Of a stretch of DNA of 64,000 bases, positions 36,470 through 49,869 are shown in pieces. Where the stretch lies: positions 57,164,001 through 57,228,000 of the forward strand of contig JAGIQG010000011.1 of assembly GCA_024679065.1 (NCBI GenBank). The letters are read 5' to 3'. Position 1 is the first letter of the stretch, and the number at the start of each line of letters is the position of its first letter. The notes beneath the pieces were generated by a model. The model worked only from the letters and a program-made list of their open reading frames with translations, did no database searches and was not told where the DNA came from. The DNA is from Sphyrna mokarran (lineage: Eukaryota). Both the position numbers and the translations under genes were made by a program.

Positions 36470-38075
36470 ATTTGTGAGATACTGCAAAGAAACCTTGGCA
36501 TGTTGCTGCGGTGCATTCTGTAGATCATACACACTGATAGTGAAGGGATTGACCTTTGAGCCATTGAATGCTGTGCCAGTCAGATGTATAGCTTTGTTCT
36601 GGATAACTTTGAGCTTCTTGAGTATTGTTGGAACAGCGCTTTTCAAGCAAATGAAGAATGGGTTTTCCATCACATTCCTGGTATGTGCTTTGTAGATGAT
36701 GGACAGACTTTTAGGAATTGGTAAAAGAGGAACTCCACAGAATGCTCAGCCTTGATCTTGTAGCTACACCATTTAGATAGCTGATCTAATTCAATTTCTG
36801 GTCAGTGATAAACCCATCCACAATGTTCATGGTGGAGAACACAGATAATAATGATACTGAATGTTGATAGGAAGTGGTTGTGCCCTTTTTTGTTATAAAT
36901 GGTCACTGCCTTTGTGTAGTGCAAATATTACATGTCACTTATCAGTTTATGCTTGGGTGTTGTTGAGATCTTTTTGCATTTGGACTGCTTCATTATTTGA
37001 ATAATTGTGAATGGTACTGAACACTACAATCATCAATGAATAGCTCCACTTCTGACCTCATGATAGAGGGAAGATTATTAATGAAGCTGCTGAAGATGGT
37101 TGAGGTTTAGGATGTTGACCTGATAAACCCGTGTAACAATGTTATGGGGCTGAGATAATCAGCTTCCAGTAGTCTAAACGATATTTGGGATGCAATGTCT
37201 CTTCCCAATTACAAGCTCTCTCCTTGATTTCCATTGATATCAGTATTATTAGGGTTAGAACAAAGAACAAAGAACAAAACAGCATGGGAAACAGGCCCTT
37301 CAGCCCAACGAGCCCGCGCAGCCACCCCGATGTTCCCATCTCTACCCGCAATCCCTGTCCATGTTTATAGATCTATGGATTAAAAACCAAATTTGAGACA
37401 ATTTAGGGAGAATTTGTTTTGCCAATTAGCCTAAGAGCACATCTTTGGGATGTGGGAGGAAACCGGAGCTCCCAGAGAAAACCCATGCAAGCACGGAGAG
37501 AATGCGCAAATTCCCACAGACACTGGCCCAAATCCATGTATCTGCACAGCACAGCGATAGTCACTGAGCTGTTGTGTTACCCATCAGATGGTTCAGGTCA
37601 AGCGTACACTAACAACGTGAAGCAGTAGGATACTCTCAAAAAAGATCCAATGATGGCTGAATATCAAGTAGTTACTGTTACCTCACCTCTGGGATTCAAC
37701 TCTTTTATCAATTTTTAGGCCAATGTTGTATTGAGTCTGGGGCTCAACGAGTTCAAGGGAAACCTGACTGACTGTGAGTGATTATCGTTGAGTAAGTATC
37801 ACTTTGAAGCATTGTATTCCTACAACTCCTTCTATCATTTAAATGGTAATTGAGAGCAGCCTGTTGGGGTGACATTTAGCATTGTTAGATGTGTCCTATT
37901 TTTGTAGACAGGACATGCTTGGGCACTTTTCCAAATTGGCAGCATTGTAGCTGAATTGGAGATATGGCTAGTTCAGGGGCACTGATCTTGGGCATTGTAA
38001 CTGGGATAGTGCCATGGGTTTTATCCTTTGCTGTTTCCAGTGCACTCAACTTTTTCCTGATGTCGCACAACAGTT
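36470..38075 (-). mobile_element. Older copy of the CR1/L2-group LINE (RT region), interrupted by a V-SINE
   Basis: Minus-strand PTILKKLKVIQNKAIHL and DIRKKLSALETAK...APELA match the 61.4-63.8 kb element. Confidence 0.8.
37258..37582 (-). mobile_element. V-SINE variant with (TTCTTTG)n tail
   Basis: gaacaaagaacaaagaacaaaacagcatgggaaacaggccc tail; V-domain gggatgtgggaggaaaccggagctcccagagaaacccatgc. Confidence 0.8.
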
Positions 38076-38377
38076 CAGTTCCATAGTCAGAACCTACATT
38101 GTTTTCCTCTCACTCTTACACTTGCACCAGTCCTCCATCCTACTTTCTGCTGGGTCAAAAATATGTGAATACCTTTTCCACCATTTGGTCATTTTATTGA
38201 GAAAGTACATTTGAATTAACTGTTGTATTCTGAAACAGAGACAATTCTTTGGCCACAAACATGAGAAGGTTCATGTTCATCTGGCAGTCTGTGACTGAGC
38301 CATACCACGTCCATACTCCAGAAAAATCTACCAACAAAGTTTCTGTTTGGCATGCAGTGGTCCAGGTACAGAGGTTT

Positions 38378-38720
38378 GAATCATAGAATCCCTACAGTGC
38401 AGAAGAGGCCATTCGGTCCATTTAAATCTTCACTGACTCTAATAGTATCTTACTTAGGCTCTCTCCCCTGCCCTATCCTTGTAACTCCATACATTTAGCA
38501 TAGTTAATCCCACCAACCTACACATCTTGGGCCACTAAGAGGCAATTTAACATAGCCAATCCAGGTAACTTTGGACTATGGGAGAAAACTGGAGCACCCA
38601 GAGGAAACCCATGCAGACATGGGGAGAATATGAAAACTCCACACAAAATAGTCACCCAAGGCCAGAATTGAACTTGGGTCACTGGAACTGTGAGACAACA
38701 GTACTAACCATCGTGCCACC
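38378..38720 (-). mobile_element. HE1-type V-SINE, full length
   Basis: gaatcatagaatccctacagtgcagaagaggcc through gtactaaccatcgtgccacc. Confidence 0.92.
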
Positions 38721-39149
38721 TACTTAATTTCCAAATCAATTTCCAATGCATTTCAGGCTCTTGACTTCTTTCATATGGGTTGCACAGCCTTAATGCCACT
38801 TCTGACATAATCGATAATGAAGAAGACCAAACATCACTCACCTAGAAACAGAACATGTGAGTGTGAAAGCCCAGCCTGCCTGGACTGATCTGTATTACAG
38901 CAGCTGTTGATTACAGGAACTGCTTTCACTGTGGTTCCTCATTGCATCTAATTGCTTTGTTTGTACAGTTCTAACCCACCACACTCTGCAAAGAACACAA
39001 ACCATCTGCAGAGTACCATGAATGACAGTCTTCAAGTGAATATTATTCAGTTGTATACTGATGTTTATTGTGTTTGTGGTTTGTTTTATTTTTAGGGTTG
39101 TGAGCTTTTCTCTGATGTTTCACTAAATCTTTCTGAATGGAGGTGTAAC

Positions 39150-40900
39150 ATTGTACCATGATTTGGCTGGGCACTATAAAGAATACAAAAGGTCTGCCCT
39201 TTAGCTTTGAAGCACTTATATTAGTGTCAGAGATGGCTATTTTCACTTAAGTTTGACTGACAGCAGTGCCAGTCAGTGCCTGTTGTTACACTACTTATTG
39301 CATTACAGTGCATCTTCAAATGAGACCCACTAGACATAGCCAGGATAGTGGCGCTCCATGAGTTCTTGAAATTCCTCCCACTTATTTGCCATTGAATATT
39401 CTCCTAAAGAGTTAAAAGAAGCTGTGACTTTGTCTTGAATTTGAACCCTAAAATTTCCATTGCTGCAATGGAATCATTCATTATCAATGCCACTGCTGTA
39501 CCTTTGCCGACAGAATTCAAACTGCAATTGAAGATGTCACTGATGTTTCCACAAGTTTTGTCTTGTATTGTGTTGGAGACAATTAGTGCTGTTACTTCAT
39601 TTCAGAGGAGATAATAGTACACATGAGTGTTGGGCTGGCCCACGTTATTTCAGTCATGTTTTAATACAGTGTATAAGGAGGTAAGTGACTCATAATATGA
39701 TCCTGTTGCTGTGTTACTTTGCCTAGTAGGCTGCATCTCTAAATTACTCTGAAAGGGCACTCCTCCACCTGTCCTTGCAACATGACCACTACTTTCTCAT
39801 CAGAGCTTAGTGATTCACCCAATGATTCCTCCTCCACATCACAATCTACTACTTATTCAGTGCATACATCTGAGTTGGTGCCATTTCAAGCGAGGATTCT
39901 GTTTTGGTGAGTGTTTCAAACCATGGGAATTGTTGCCATAGCATGGTTTGGCTCATGAAAAGTACTTCATGTATCACCTCTTTTTACCATTGTGCAAAAT
40001 ACAATTTTCAGAGCACTGCTCTTTTGTTTGAACCTTCTTTTATATTTAAGCTAATATTTTTGTATGTCAATACTGCATTGATTTTCATATATCTTTTACA
40101 AAAGATATTGGTGGATGATCAGCCATTAGGTAGCATTTTATTTCACTCGAAGCCCATTCAATTGCCTAGAGTTAAAATGAGTCATTGAGTATATTCAGAC
40201 TGAGACTGAAGGATTTTTGAGTGCTAAGTGAATCAGGAATATGGAGGTCGTGTGGGGAAGTGAAAGTGATGTTGAAGATCAGTCATGATCTTATTGAATG
40301 ATTGCAATGTTGAATGGCTGCAGGCTCCTTGAGCTGCTTTGACAACTGCTGTATCCAGTTCTTGCATTCTTTTTTCTCAAGTGCATGTACATTCTGAGCT
40401 GCTAATATACGGTACATTCATATTTTACTTTTGAGATCTTTGAATCTTGCAACTTCAAGCTGTAGAGGCTCTCAAGCTATGGTGAGCGCATAGTGACTCT
40501 TTTATGACATTCTGTCAAATCTCCTGCTTGTTAAGGGATCATCTCAGTCAGTGAAGATCTGTTTCAAGACCTTTTTAAAACCCATGCACCCTGTGTATTC
40601 AGGTCTGATTTGAAAATTAGGTAGTTATTACATCCCAAAGAGACATCCACAACAAACTTGTCCGCAAATGGATGAAACAGCTTTTCAGTATTTATCTCAG
40701 CTAAGCAGCTTGCCTGCTGCTTGAGAAGCATTATAGGATCATTACCGTAGGCCTGTCATTATTAGCCACTATGTCCTCATTCTCCTTAATAAAATTCATT
40801 CACAAGACTGACATATTTCAAAGCTGTACGTTCTCACAATATCCCCATCAGGTCATAAATTCTGAACTCCTTTTTTTGGCAAGTCACATGTTCTTTTTTG
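39150..40900 (-). mobile_element. Probable ancient hAT (ZNF862-like) transposase remnants
   Basis: Minus-strand snippets WVSFEDAL and AYGNDPIMLLKQQASCLAEINTEKL; heavily disrupted; includes a CR1 tail at ~40200-40330. Confidence 0.35.
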
Positions 40901-41039
40901 ATTCTCAGGAATGTTACTTTTCTAGGAAATCTGTTTCCTTGCTTGTCATTGTTGCTACTGAAATAGGAAGGGTCGAGCTCTTCAAGTTTTTAAGTATCCA
41001 GATCACCTGTCCTGGTCCCCCCATACTGACACTGTAATT

Positions 41040-41600
41040 AAGAAAGTCCACCAATGCCTGTACTTTCTCAGAAGATTAAGGAAATTTGATATATCAGCTA
41101 CAATACTCACCAACATTTACAAATGCACTGTTCTTTCTGGTTGTATCGCAGCTTAGTACGGCTCTTACTCTGCTCAAAACTGCGAGGAACTATAAAAGGT
41201 TGTGAATATAGCCCAATCCATCATGCAAACCAGCCTCCTATCCATTGACTTTATCTATACTTCCTGCTGCCTCGGCAAAGCAGCTAGCATAATTCCAGAC
41301 TCCACACATCCCGGGCATTCTCTCTTCCACTTTCTTCCATCAGAAAAAAGATATAAAAGTCTGAGGTCACCTACTAACTGACCCAAGAACAGTTTCTTCC
41401 CTGCTGCTGTCAGACTTTTGAATGGACTTACCTTGCATTAAGTTGATATTTCTCTACAGTCTAGCTATGACTGTAACACTACATTCTGCACTCTCCCGCT
41501 TCTTTCCCTATCAACCATATGTTTTTTTTCTGTATAGAGCGCAAGAAACAATACTTTTCACTCTATGTTAATACATGTAACAATAATAAATCAAATCAAA
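41040..41600 (+). mobile_element. Rex1/Babar LINE 3' end
   Basis: KKVHQCLYFLRRLRKFDISATILTNIYKCT...SGCIAA*YGS motif; tail caataataaatcaaatcaaa. Confidence 0.88.
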
Positions 41601-42053
41601 GTAACCACTTGTACAATAACCAAAGAATTGATACTTGTATTTGATGATTTACATCCTTTTTGCCTTACAGACATTGTGAAATCTGGTGCGTTCATCTGAC
41701 TGCACTTGGCAAATTTGAATCTAGTGACGATGTGATGACTAGTGCTGAAAGCGCTGCCAACTCCACAATTTTTACCCAACTGCCAATACCTGAAGCACAG
41801 TGCAAATGACCAGACCTGGTGCAAATTCTCCATTGGTAGCCTAGTCTTTCCAACATACTGTACCAACTAACTTGATGAATTTAATACCCTCCCATCTCCA
41901 CCCAATGGCTCTCACATGATTTTAGTTAAAATCTAAAGTGCTGGCAGCATGCATGGGAGACTCGTACGATTTAGCAACAGGGGAAGTTCTTCATTGGTTA
42001 AACCTGCCATTTAATATAATTAATTAAAAATTTGGAATTAAAAACTTGTCTAA

Positions 42054-42232
42054 GGTTCTCCGGTTTCCTCCCACAATACGAAAGACTTGTTGGTTCGGCA
42101 TATTGGCCCTGCTAAATTCTCCCTCGGCATATCTCAACAGGTGCCGGAGTGTGGCGACTAGGGGATTTTCACAGTAACTTCATCGTAGGGTTAATATAAG
42201 CCTACTTGTGATGCTAATAAATAAACTTCAAA
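42054..42232 (+). mobile_element. V-SINE fragment with (AATA)n-type tail
   Basis: ctccggtttcctcccacaa...aggggattttcacagtaacttcat...cctacttgtgatgctaataaataaacttc; same subfamily as 29680. Confidence 0.8.
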
Positions 42233-43373
42233 CTAATGGTGACCATGAAACAAGCATTCATTATCGTAACAAACTGTGGTTCATTCATGACTTTTGGGAG
42301 GAAAATTTGCTATTCTTATTGTGCCTGGCCTACATGTGACTTCAGACCCACGGCAATGTGATTGACTCTTAACTGCCATCTAAACTCTGAAAGACACTCT
42401 GGCAAGACACTCAGTTCAAATGCAATTAGGAATGGACAACAAATGCTAATCTTGTCAGCAATGCCCACATCCCATGAATGAATAGAGAAAACTATTGCAT
42501 CATCTGCTGATATGGGAAGATTATAGTCGAATGTGATGCTTTGTATCATGGCCATAATTTTCTGCCAACTCCATTGCCATTAAGAGCACAGCTGTTTATG
42601 AAATTAAATTTCACTTCTAAATATTTTACATCACTTAGTTTCATTTTTTTCATATGTCCATTTTCATTATTTATTGAATTTAGCTCAGTCAAAGAGCTTA
42701 GTGTACTGGCAAGCCTCATAGTTAGCATGCATTGATGATTACAGGAGAGGTAGGGATATTTCTTGATTGTGGAAGAAAATAATGAGTGGGTTTTTACAGC
42801 CTTGCTCAATCCCAAACCATAAAATCACATCTGAGGTCAATGGACCTTTCTGTTGCCCACCCTTGGCCCGTTCTGAACCTGTGATAGGTGAGGTGGTAAA
42901 ATTTGGTTAATATGTTCTCGTGTTCACTTCTTGACTGTTCATGTTAGTGCCTATTTTGTACTCACCTCTCTGGACAGAGCTGAATTTTTAGGCTCATCTG
43001 GCCTTCCCTTCTATGCATTGTAAAGAATATCGTCTGAGGTCACTCTCCACGGATAATTTAAATTTAGCCCTCTAAGGACTTCGCTAACCAACACCCTGAG
43101 GTGGACACACAAATGGACGGTACTGACAGAGCCCTTTAAGCACCTGATTTTTCTCACCTTGACTGACTGTTCCCATCATCCCCCACCACACCTACAGTTT
43201 AGGCCTCCTTCTCTTCTGCTCATCTATGCTGCCAAACCCCATTCAACACCACTCCCTCTCATCACTGACTCCTCCTTGCCAGTCTTGACATCCTTGCAAG
43301 CTGCGATCCTGGTGTTTCACTCCCTTATGCTGTAGAGGTTTACAAAGAAAACTGCTGACGTCGAACACAACTG

Positions 43374-45925
43374 ATAGTCTCACAACACCAGGTTAAAGTC
43401 CATCAGTTGGTAGTATGAGCTTTCAGAGCATTGCTCCTTCAGGTGAGTGCAGGATTTGTTTCACAAATAGGGCATATACAGACACAAACACAATTACAAG
43501 ATAATGGTTGGAATGCAAGTTTTAACAAATAATCAAATCTTTACAGATGCAGGCAATACAAGAGGAGAGAGAGTTAAGCAAAAGTTAAAGAGATATGAAT
43601 TGTCTCAAATTAAGACAGTTAGAGAGGTCTTACAAGCCCACACATGTCCAAGGGGTTATAGATAGTGTGACATGAACCCAAATCCCAGTTGAGGCCCTAT
43701 CCATGTGTGTAGAACTTGGCAGTCAGTTTCTGCTCGGCGATGTTACATTGTGTGTCTTGAAGTCCTCCTTGGAGAATGCTTATCTGAAGACCAGAGGCTG
43801 AATGCCTTTGACTGCTGAAGTGTTCCCCAACAGGAAGGGAACACTCCCCTCTGATTATTGAGTGGTGTCTATTCATCCATTGTCATAGCATTTGAGTGGT
43901 CTCGCTGATGTACCATGCCTCAGGACATCCTTTCCTGTAGCCTATCAGGTAGACAATGTTGGCCAAGTCACAAAAGTATGTACCGTGTATCTGGTGAGTG
44001 ATGTTTTCATGTGAAATGATAGCATCAATGTTGATGATCCAGCACGTCTTGCAGAGGTTGCTTTGGCAGGGTTGTGTACTGCCGTGGTCACTGTTCTGAA
44101 TGCTGGACAGTTTGCTGCATGCAATGGTCTGTTTGAGGTTGCGCAGTTCATAGAATCATTGAAACTACAGAAAGATGCCATTTGGCCCATCAAGTTTGCA
44201 CCGACCACAATCTCACCCAGGTCCTACCTTCATACCTCTATGTTGTTTGAAGGCAAGTAGTGAAGTTGTGGGGATGGTCTTGGCGAGATGTTCATCTTCA
44301 CCAATGACATGTTGAAGGCTTTGGAGAAGGTGTCGTAGCTCGTCTCCTCCGGGGTGGTACTGGATGATGAATGATGCTCTGTCTGCCTTGTTCTGTGTTT
44401 GTTTTCTGAGGAGGTCGGTGCGGTTTTTCACTGTGGTGCATCGGAACTGTCCATCAATTAGTCGAGCGCCATATCTTGTTCTTATGAGGGTATCTTTCCG
44501 TGTCTGTAGGTGTCAGTTGTGATCCTCCTCATCTAAGCAGATCCTGTGTGTACAGAGGGCTTGTCCATAGTGGATGGCTTCTTTAACATGTTTCGGGTGA
44601 AAGTTGGAGAAGTGGAGAATCATGAAGTTACCCATGGGCTTGCGGTACAACAAAGTGCTGAAGTGACCATCCTTGATGGAGATGTTTCTCCCAATGGAGA
44701 TGCAGGGTCTCAATGCCTGATATGATGAGTGTGTTGATCTTGTGCACCTTCGCAAGGCAGCAGAGTCTCCAGTGTGGGGAGTATGTGGGATGAGAGAACG
44801 GAGGGTGGTCAGAAGGAAGATCAAAAACCTTGATCAGTATGTTCTTTGGTTGATTCTGCAGGTAACTGTCTGTTGTGTTGCTCATTGTTCAGTTGTAAGT
44901 ACACTTCTTCGTAGTAATCTGTTCTGTTCAATATGACAATGCCCCTCCTTTGGTTTGATAACAATATTATGGTTGGTCTTGAGAGTCTGGGTGTATTGTG
45001 TTGTGCTTGGGTAATGTTTGGGGCTGTCTTGTGAGTGCAGTTTGGCATTGACGCATCTCCTGACAGCTTCGACATACACGTTGAGTCAAGGGCAGCAGCC
45101 TTCAGGAGTCCAATTCGAGTCTTTCCTCTTTGGTTGTTGCACTATAGATCTTTCTGTTGGTTGTTCTGGTTCATTGGCTATCTCATTCGATTCGCTGTTG
45201 GCCTCTTGGGATTTGTGGAAGAATTCCTACAGTCTCAAATGCCTGATGAATTCCTCTATCCGCTGCAAGACTGATGGGGTCCATTTTGGTGCTGGGGCAG
45301 AAATTGAGCCCTTGGCTGAGAACTTCAGCTTCATCTAGTTGAAGTGTGTAGTTTGACAGGTTGACAATGGACTGCAGTGGTATTGTTTTCTACTGTGGTA
45401 CCAGGGAAGACTTGGTTGCTGCTAGTGGTGATGCCAAGTTTCTCAAGTTTTCTGTTCTTGATGTGCACATAGATGGTATAGTTCTGTTGTCTCATTTGCT
45501 TGGCTGGTCTGCGCCCTGAGCACAAGTTGAGAATATGGGACTCTATCTTGGTTTCCAGGTTGCGGTGTCTTCTGTAGAACTGGTGTATGAGGTGGTTGAG
45601 GAGTGTGAGAGAGGTGTGACAGCAAAGTCTGTCAGTATTGTCTGAATTATAAGTTGACCTGAGTGGATTCATGATCTGTAGTCCTTGTCTGCTTTCTTGC
45701 ATCTTTATAGAAACTTGATATCTGTGTAGATATGTGCGATCTGCTTGGAGATCTTCTCCATTTTGTGGTGTCGATGGTTGCCATGATGTGGAGTTGCTGG
45801 CGTTGGGCTGGGGTAGGTCCTGTTTGTGAAACAAATCCTGTACTCACTTGATGAAGCAACAGTGCTCTGAAAGCTCATGCTACCGAATAAACCTGTTGGA
45901 CTTTAACCTGCTGTTATCAGAGACA
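43374..45925 (-). mobile_element. Penelope-like element, internally deleted, with a short inverted terminal repeat
   Basis: N-terminus MATIDT...LQIMNPLRSTYNSD...LLNHLIHQFYRRHRNLETKIES; GIVILNRTDY; ISIKDGHFSTLLYRKP; GIY-YIG region near 43900; ends agtctcacaacaccaggttaaagtcc / ggactttaacctgctgttatcagagac; HE1 tail inserted at ~44148-44240. Confidence 0.9.
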
Positions 45926-46524
45926 ACTATAAGAAGCCAACTGTGCATACTACTTTAAACAAATGTGGATCAGGTACCATAAATTTTCATGTGCCTCTGA
46001 TTTCTACAATGTAATTTTAAAACGTTTTATGTTTGTGAATATTCCTAGCATGCAAATGTTTTACAAGTGGGAACCTACCACAAGAGATGTGAGGCCTGAC
46101 ATGGAACAACAAATGTGTCGCTGGTGTAAACTCTGCATCGCAACCTGCCATCAAAAAGTCCAAGTTCTGACTCCTGCCTAACTCAGTCACTCCGCATGTC
46201 ATATTTCCAACTCTGGCAAAGTCCATAAAATCGCCTTTGTTGCCTTTACTGAAACTGACCGAGCATCTTTTATTCTCCTCGCAGCACTTACTATGACTCC
46301 AAAGCCCCTCCCAACAAATCCTCCCAGTCTACAAGAAGGAAATTAGAAAAGAACAGATTTATTTAGTGCTGTTTATAATGATAATTTTGTTAATTGTATA
46401 TCAGTTGGGTGTTTAATTGTATTCACATTATGAGTATTAGTTGGGGATTTACCTGTGTCCATATATAGGGGCAAGCTGAAAGCGCAGTTGTTGGATTGAA
46501 GGATTAAAATATGTAGTACATTTG

Positions 46525-47480
46525 AACATACAAATTAGGAGCAGGAGTAGGGTATTTGGCCCCTTGAACCTTTAATAAGAATGTGCTGATCTTTTTGTGG
46601 CCTCAGCTCTACATTCTGCCTTTTACGATAATCTTTTGACTCCCTTTTTGTTCAAGAATCTATCTACTGCTTTATAAGTATACAATGACTCTGCCTCTGC
46701 ACTCTCCCAGGAGTGTTTCAAAGATTCATGATTCTCTGAAAGAACATTATCACCTCTGCCCTAAATGAGAGACCCAGGAAACAACGATCCCTATTTGTTG
46801 CCTCTTCCACAAGGGGAAAGATCCTTTCGGCTTGCATCCTGCGCAATTAGATTATCTCTCATTCTTCTAAACTCCAATGCATACAGGCCCAGCTGGACCA
46901 GCTGTTCCTTAAGTTAACTCAGCACCCTCTCCACCTCCCCTAGCTATTAGTCCTGTGAGCCTTCTCTTAACTGCTAATTATATCCTTTCTTCAATACCAA
47001 GACCAAACTGGACATAGTACTCCGGATGTCATCTCACCAACACCTTGTACAACTCTAGCAAGAATTTCTTACTTTAATTTTCCATTCTTCTTGTAATAAA
47101 TGGCGCAATTTAATTTGTCTTGTAAATCTCTTGCTGCATTTGCATCCTAACCTTTTTTGCTTCATCTACCAGATCGCCCGGTACACCCTGTATCTCGAAG
47201 TGCTGCAGTCTCTCTCCATTTAAATAACATGTTGCTTTTTTAATCTTCCTGGGCACAGTCACATTTTCCCCATTATATTCCATCTTCAAACTTAGGTCCT
47301 GTCACTTAGGTCCTTTTGCAAAATCCTTATGCCCACTTTGCAACTTAATTTCCTATCCACCTTTGTGTCATCAGCCAATTTCATGATCACAGATCCAATC
47401 CTTTCCTCTAAGTTGTAAGGTTCAAAGGCTAGGCTGTGTCATCATCAAATTTAGCAATCATACATTTGGTCCCTTCATTT
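46525..47480 (-). mobile_element. CR1-type LINE 3' portion
   Basis: Tail aaattaggagcaggagtagggtatttggccc; ttcttctaaactccaat; ctttgtgtcatcagccaattt (reverse of KLADDTK). Confidence 0.85.
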
Positions 47481-48415
47481 AAATTGTAAGAGAATAAAGA
47501 CTAGGTTGCAAGAATACCATTCATGACTGAATTCTAATAAGTTTAAACCCTGTGCTCTGATTTGCCTTTGGAGCTGCCATCAGATCTCTCTGTGCTACTT
47601 CTTAATCAGAATGGTCCAAGTAGGAAAAATAAGTGTGGTGGCTAATAATACAGTGGCTTTGTTGGGTTGGTCATGGCCAATATTTCCTCTTGTAGTATAA
47701 GGGTCTGACTTTGAAAGGATTAGTATGGGACTGCATATGATAGTGCCCACACTGCAAAGGAATATATGACCTGTGTCTAGAATGCAATATTGTGCTGGAC
47801 AGAGGTGTGTGTAGAAGCAAGCATGGATACAGCTCCTAGCTTTAAACCTTGTATTTGTATATGAATGTAAAATTATGTGTAGTTGATAAACATCTACTGT
47901 CAAAGTATAGGAACTCAGACTACAACATGATGGCAGCTATTGGTAAAACTCAGAGCATCTCAGAAGCTGGGGAAGAAATTTAAAAGCTGGAAGATTGATA
48001 AAGCATCCTGACCTGACAAAAAGTGTAGCAAAGGTGACAAAGGACATTGTCACAGAAGAGCTCCAAAGCAGCATTTGAAGCAGAGGTCAGAAATAAAACT
48101 TCACACCGCAGCTGAAGACTCCGTTAAATCCTGTGGAAGTCATGCTTCAATTTCCAAAGAGAACAGAGTCAGAAGACCAAGGAGGACTGAGTATAAAAAT
48201 ACACAGTCTTTGACCAGAATGAAAAGATTTTAAAAAGCTGGAGAGATTGATCTAAAAGAAGTTGCTGCTAAAAAAAATTAAAGCACTGAAATTGCAACTG
48301 CCATTACTACAGTGCCCACCGAAACCTACAACTGTAAGAAACATCATTGAGAAGAAGTGTTTGGCAGCACCAACTTGGATTTGCAAACAGCATTTAAAGT
48401 TATACACACTTTTAA

Positions 48416-48556
48416 ATGATGTGGAGAAGCTGGTGTTGGATTGGGGTGGGCACAGTAAGAAATCTCACAACACTAGGTTAAAGTCCAACAGGTTTATTTG
48501 GAATTATGAGCTTTCAGAGTCATCTTGACTTTAACCTGGTACTGTGAGGCTTTTTA
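48416..48556 (-). mobile_element. Short Penelope terminal fragment with a mini inverted arm
   Basis: tgatgtggagaagctggtgttgga...aggttaaagtccaacaggtttattt followed by inverted gactttaacctggtactgtgag. Confidence 0.8.
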
Positions 48557-48589
48557 ATTACAATTTTTCATCCATCATTTAAAATTATT

Positions 48590-49760
48590 ATACCAGACGA
48601 CTTTGGATTCATCGAAGATCTAGATCAGTTACAAAGTTGGAGAAGGATATTTTTCTGGATGATTGCTTTACTGTCTGGACAAAAAAGCAACTGAAAAGGT
48701 TAACACATTGCTGTACTCAGTAGGTCCAATAGACAACAATGTAATAGTTCGACAAAGAATCAACAAATCCTCAGCAAAATTTAATAAAATTGCAAAATAA
48801 TTTCACACATTTTAATTGGATTAGCGGTAAGATCTTTAAAAGAGAAAAGTTTAACAAATGTGTCCAACACAACCTGTTGACTTCTTCATTAATGAACTAT
48901 ACCAAATAGCTGAAGGCTGTGACTGCTGTGATCTGAAATCAGAGCTAATCAGGAACAGAATTGTTGTGAGAGAGTGGATAAGACTATCTCAGACTTGCTG
49001 CAAAGAAAGGAAGACTTGATCCTTGAAAAGGCCATTTAAATTGTCAGGCAATCCGAAATCTGTTTACAGCACATCGTAAAGGATGAACATATGCCATGAT
49101 ACAGAGTAACCCCATTGGCCAGCTAGGAAAAGAGCAGAGGAACAGAGTCACTTCTGTCAAGGGAAGCAATTATTGAACAAACCAAAACATAGAGATGACC
49201 ATTGCCAACACTATGATCCAAATAACTCCACAATTGTGATCAAGCAGTTACAGCAGTTTTTTTTTAATTGCCACTGCATTGAACACTTGGAAAGTTATAC
49301 AAAGCTACCAGATGCCCAGATGATCCTATGGTGAATCATGAGATCAAGGTAGAACACCGAGGAAATACAACCATACATCTTAAGTGAGGAACAATATCAG
49401 GAATTTTCATTCTGGAACGTGGACATCTCAATTATTAATCATCTCGTAAACTTTAAATTGGAGGTGGGAGTTAGTGTCTCGATTGCCAAAGCAGTACCTC
49501 TGACAATGAACCATGGCTGAGAGACTTCTGGCTACCAATGACAGAAACACCACTCAATGGCCCAGAGAAATCCGACTTTTGCTATATGCATGATTCTGGA
49601 ACCATTAAGGTGTGGTGGCAAATAAGTATTTGAAATCCTGTATGTCATCCATAACCAGTCTTTTTCTCTTCTGAGTAGAGACACGAGTGTTGCTCTTAAC
49701 CTTTTCTAAAAAAGCAAAAGACCTTAAAGCAACATCTGTTATTAATTATACAGAACTGCA
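48590..49760 (+). mobile_element. Ty3/Gypsy gag-protease remnant
   Basis: REKFNKCVQ...FFINELYQIAEGC...LKSELIRNRIVV...SDLLQRKEDLILEKAI (gag); FWNVDISIINHLVNFKLEVGVSV (protease, cf. FKLDTGASV). Confidence 0.75.
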
Positions 49761-49869
49761 AGTTCTCAAGATCCCCAACAGAAAAGATATTGTTGACTGT
49801 GACTTCAGCTGTGAATTGTCTTCAGTCTTTGCAGAGCTGGTTTGTCCATTTTCTTTGCAAGTGGTGGAA

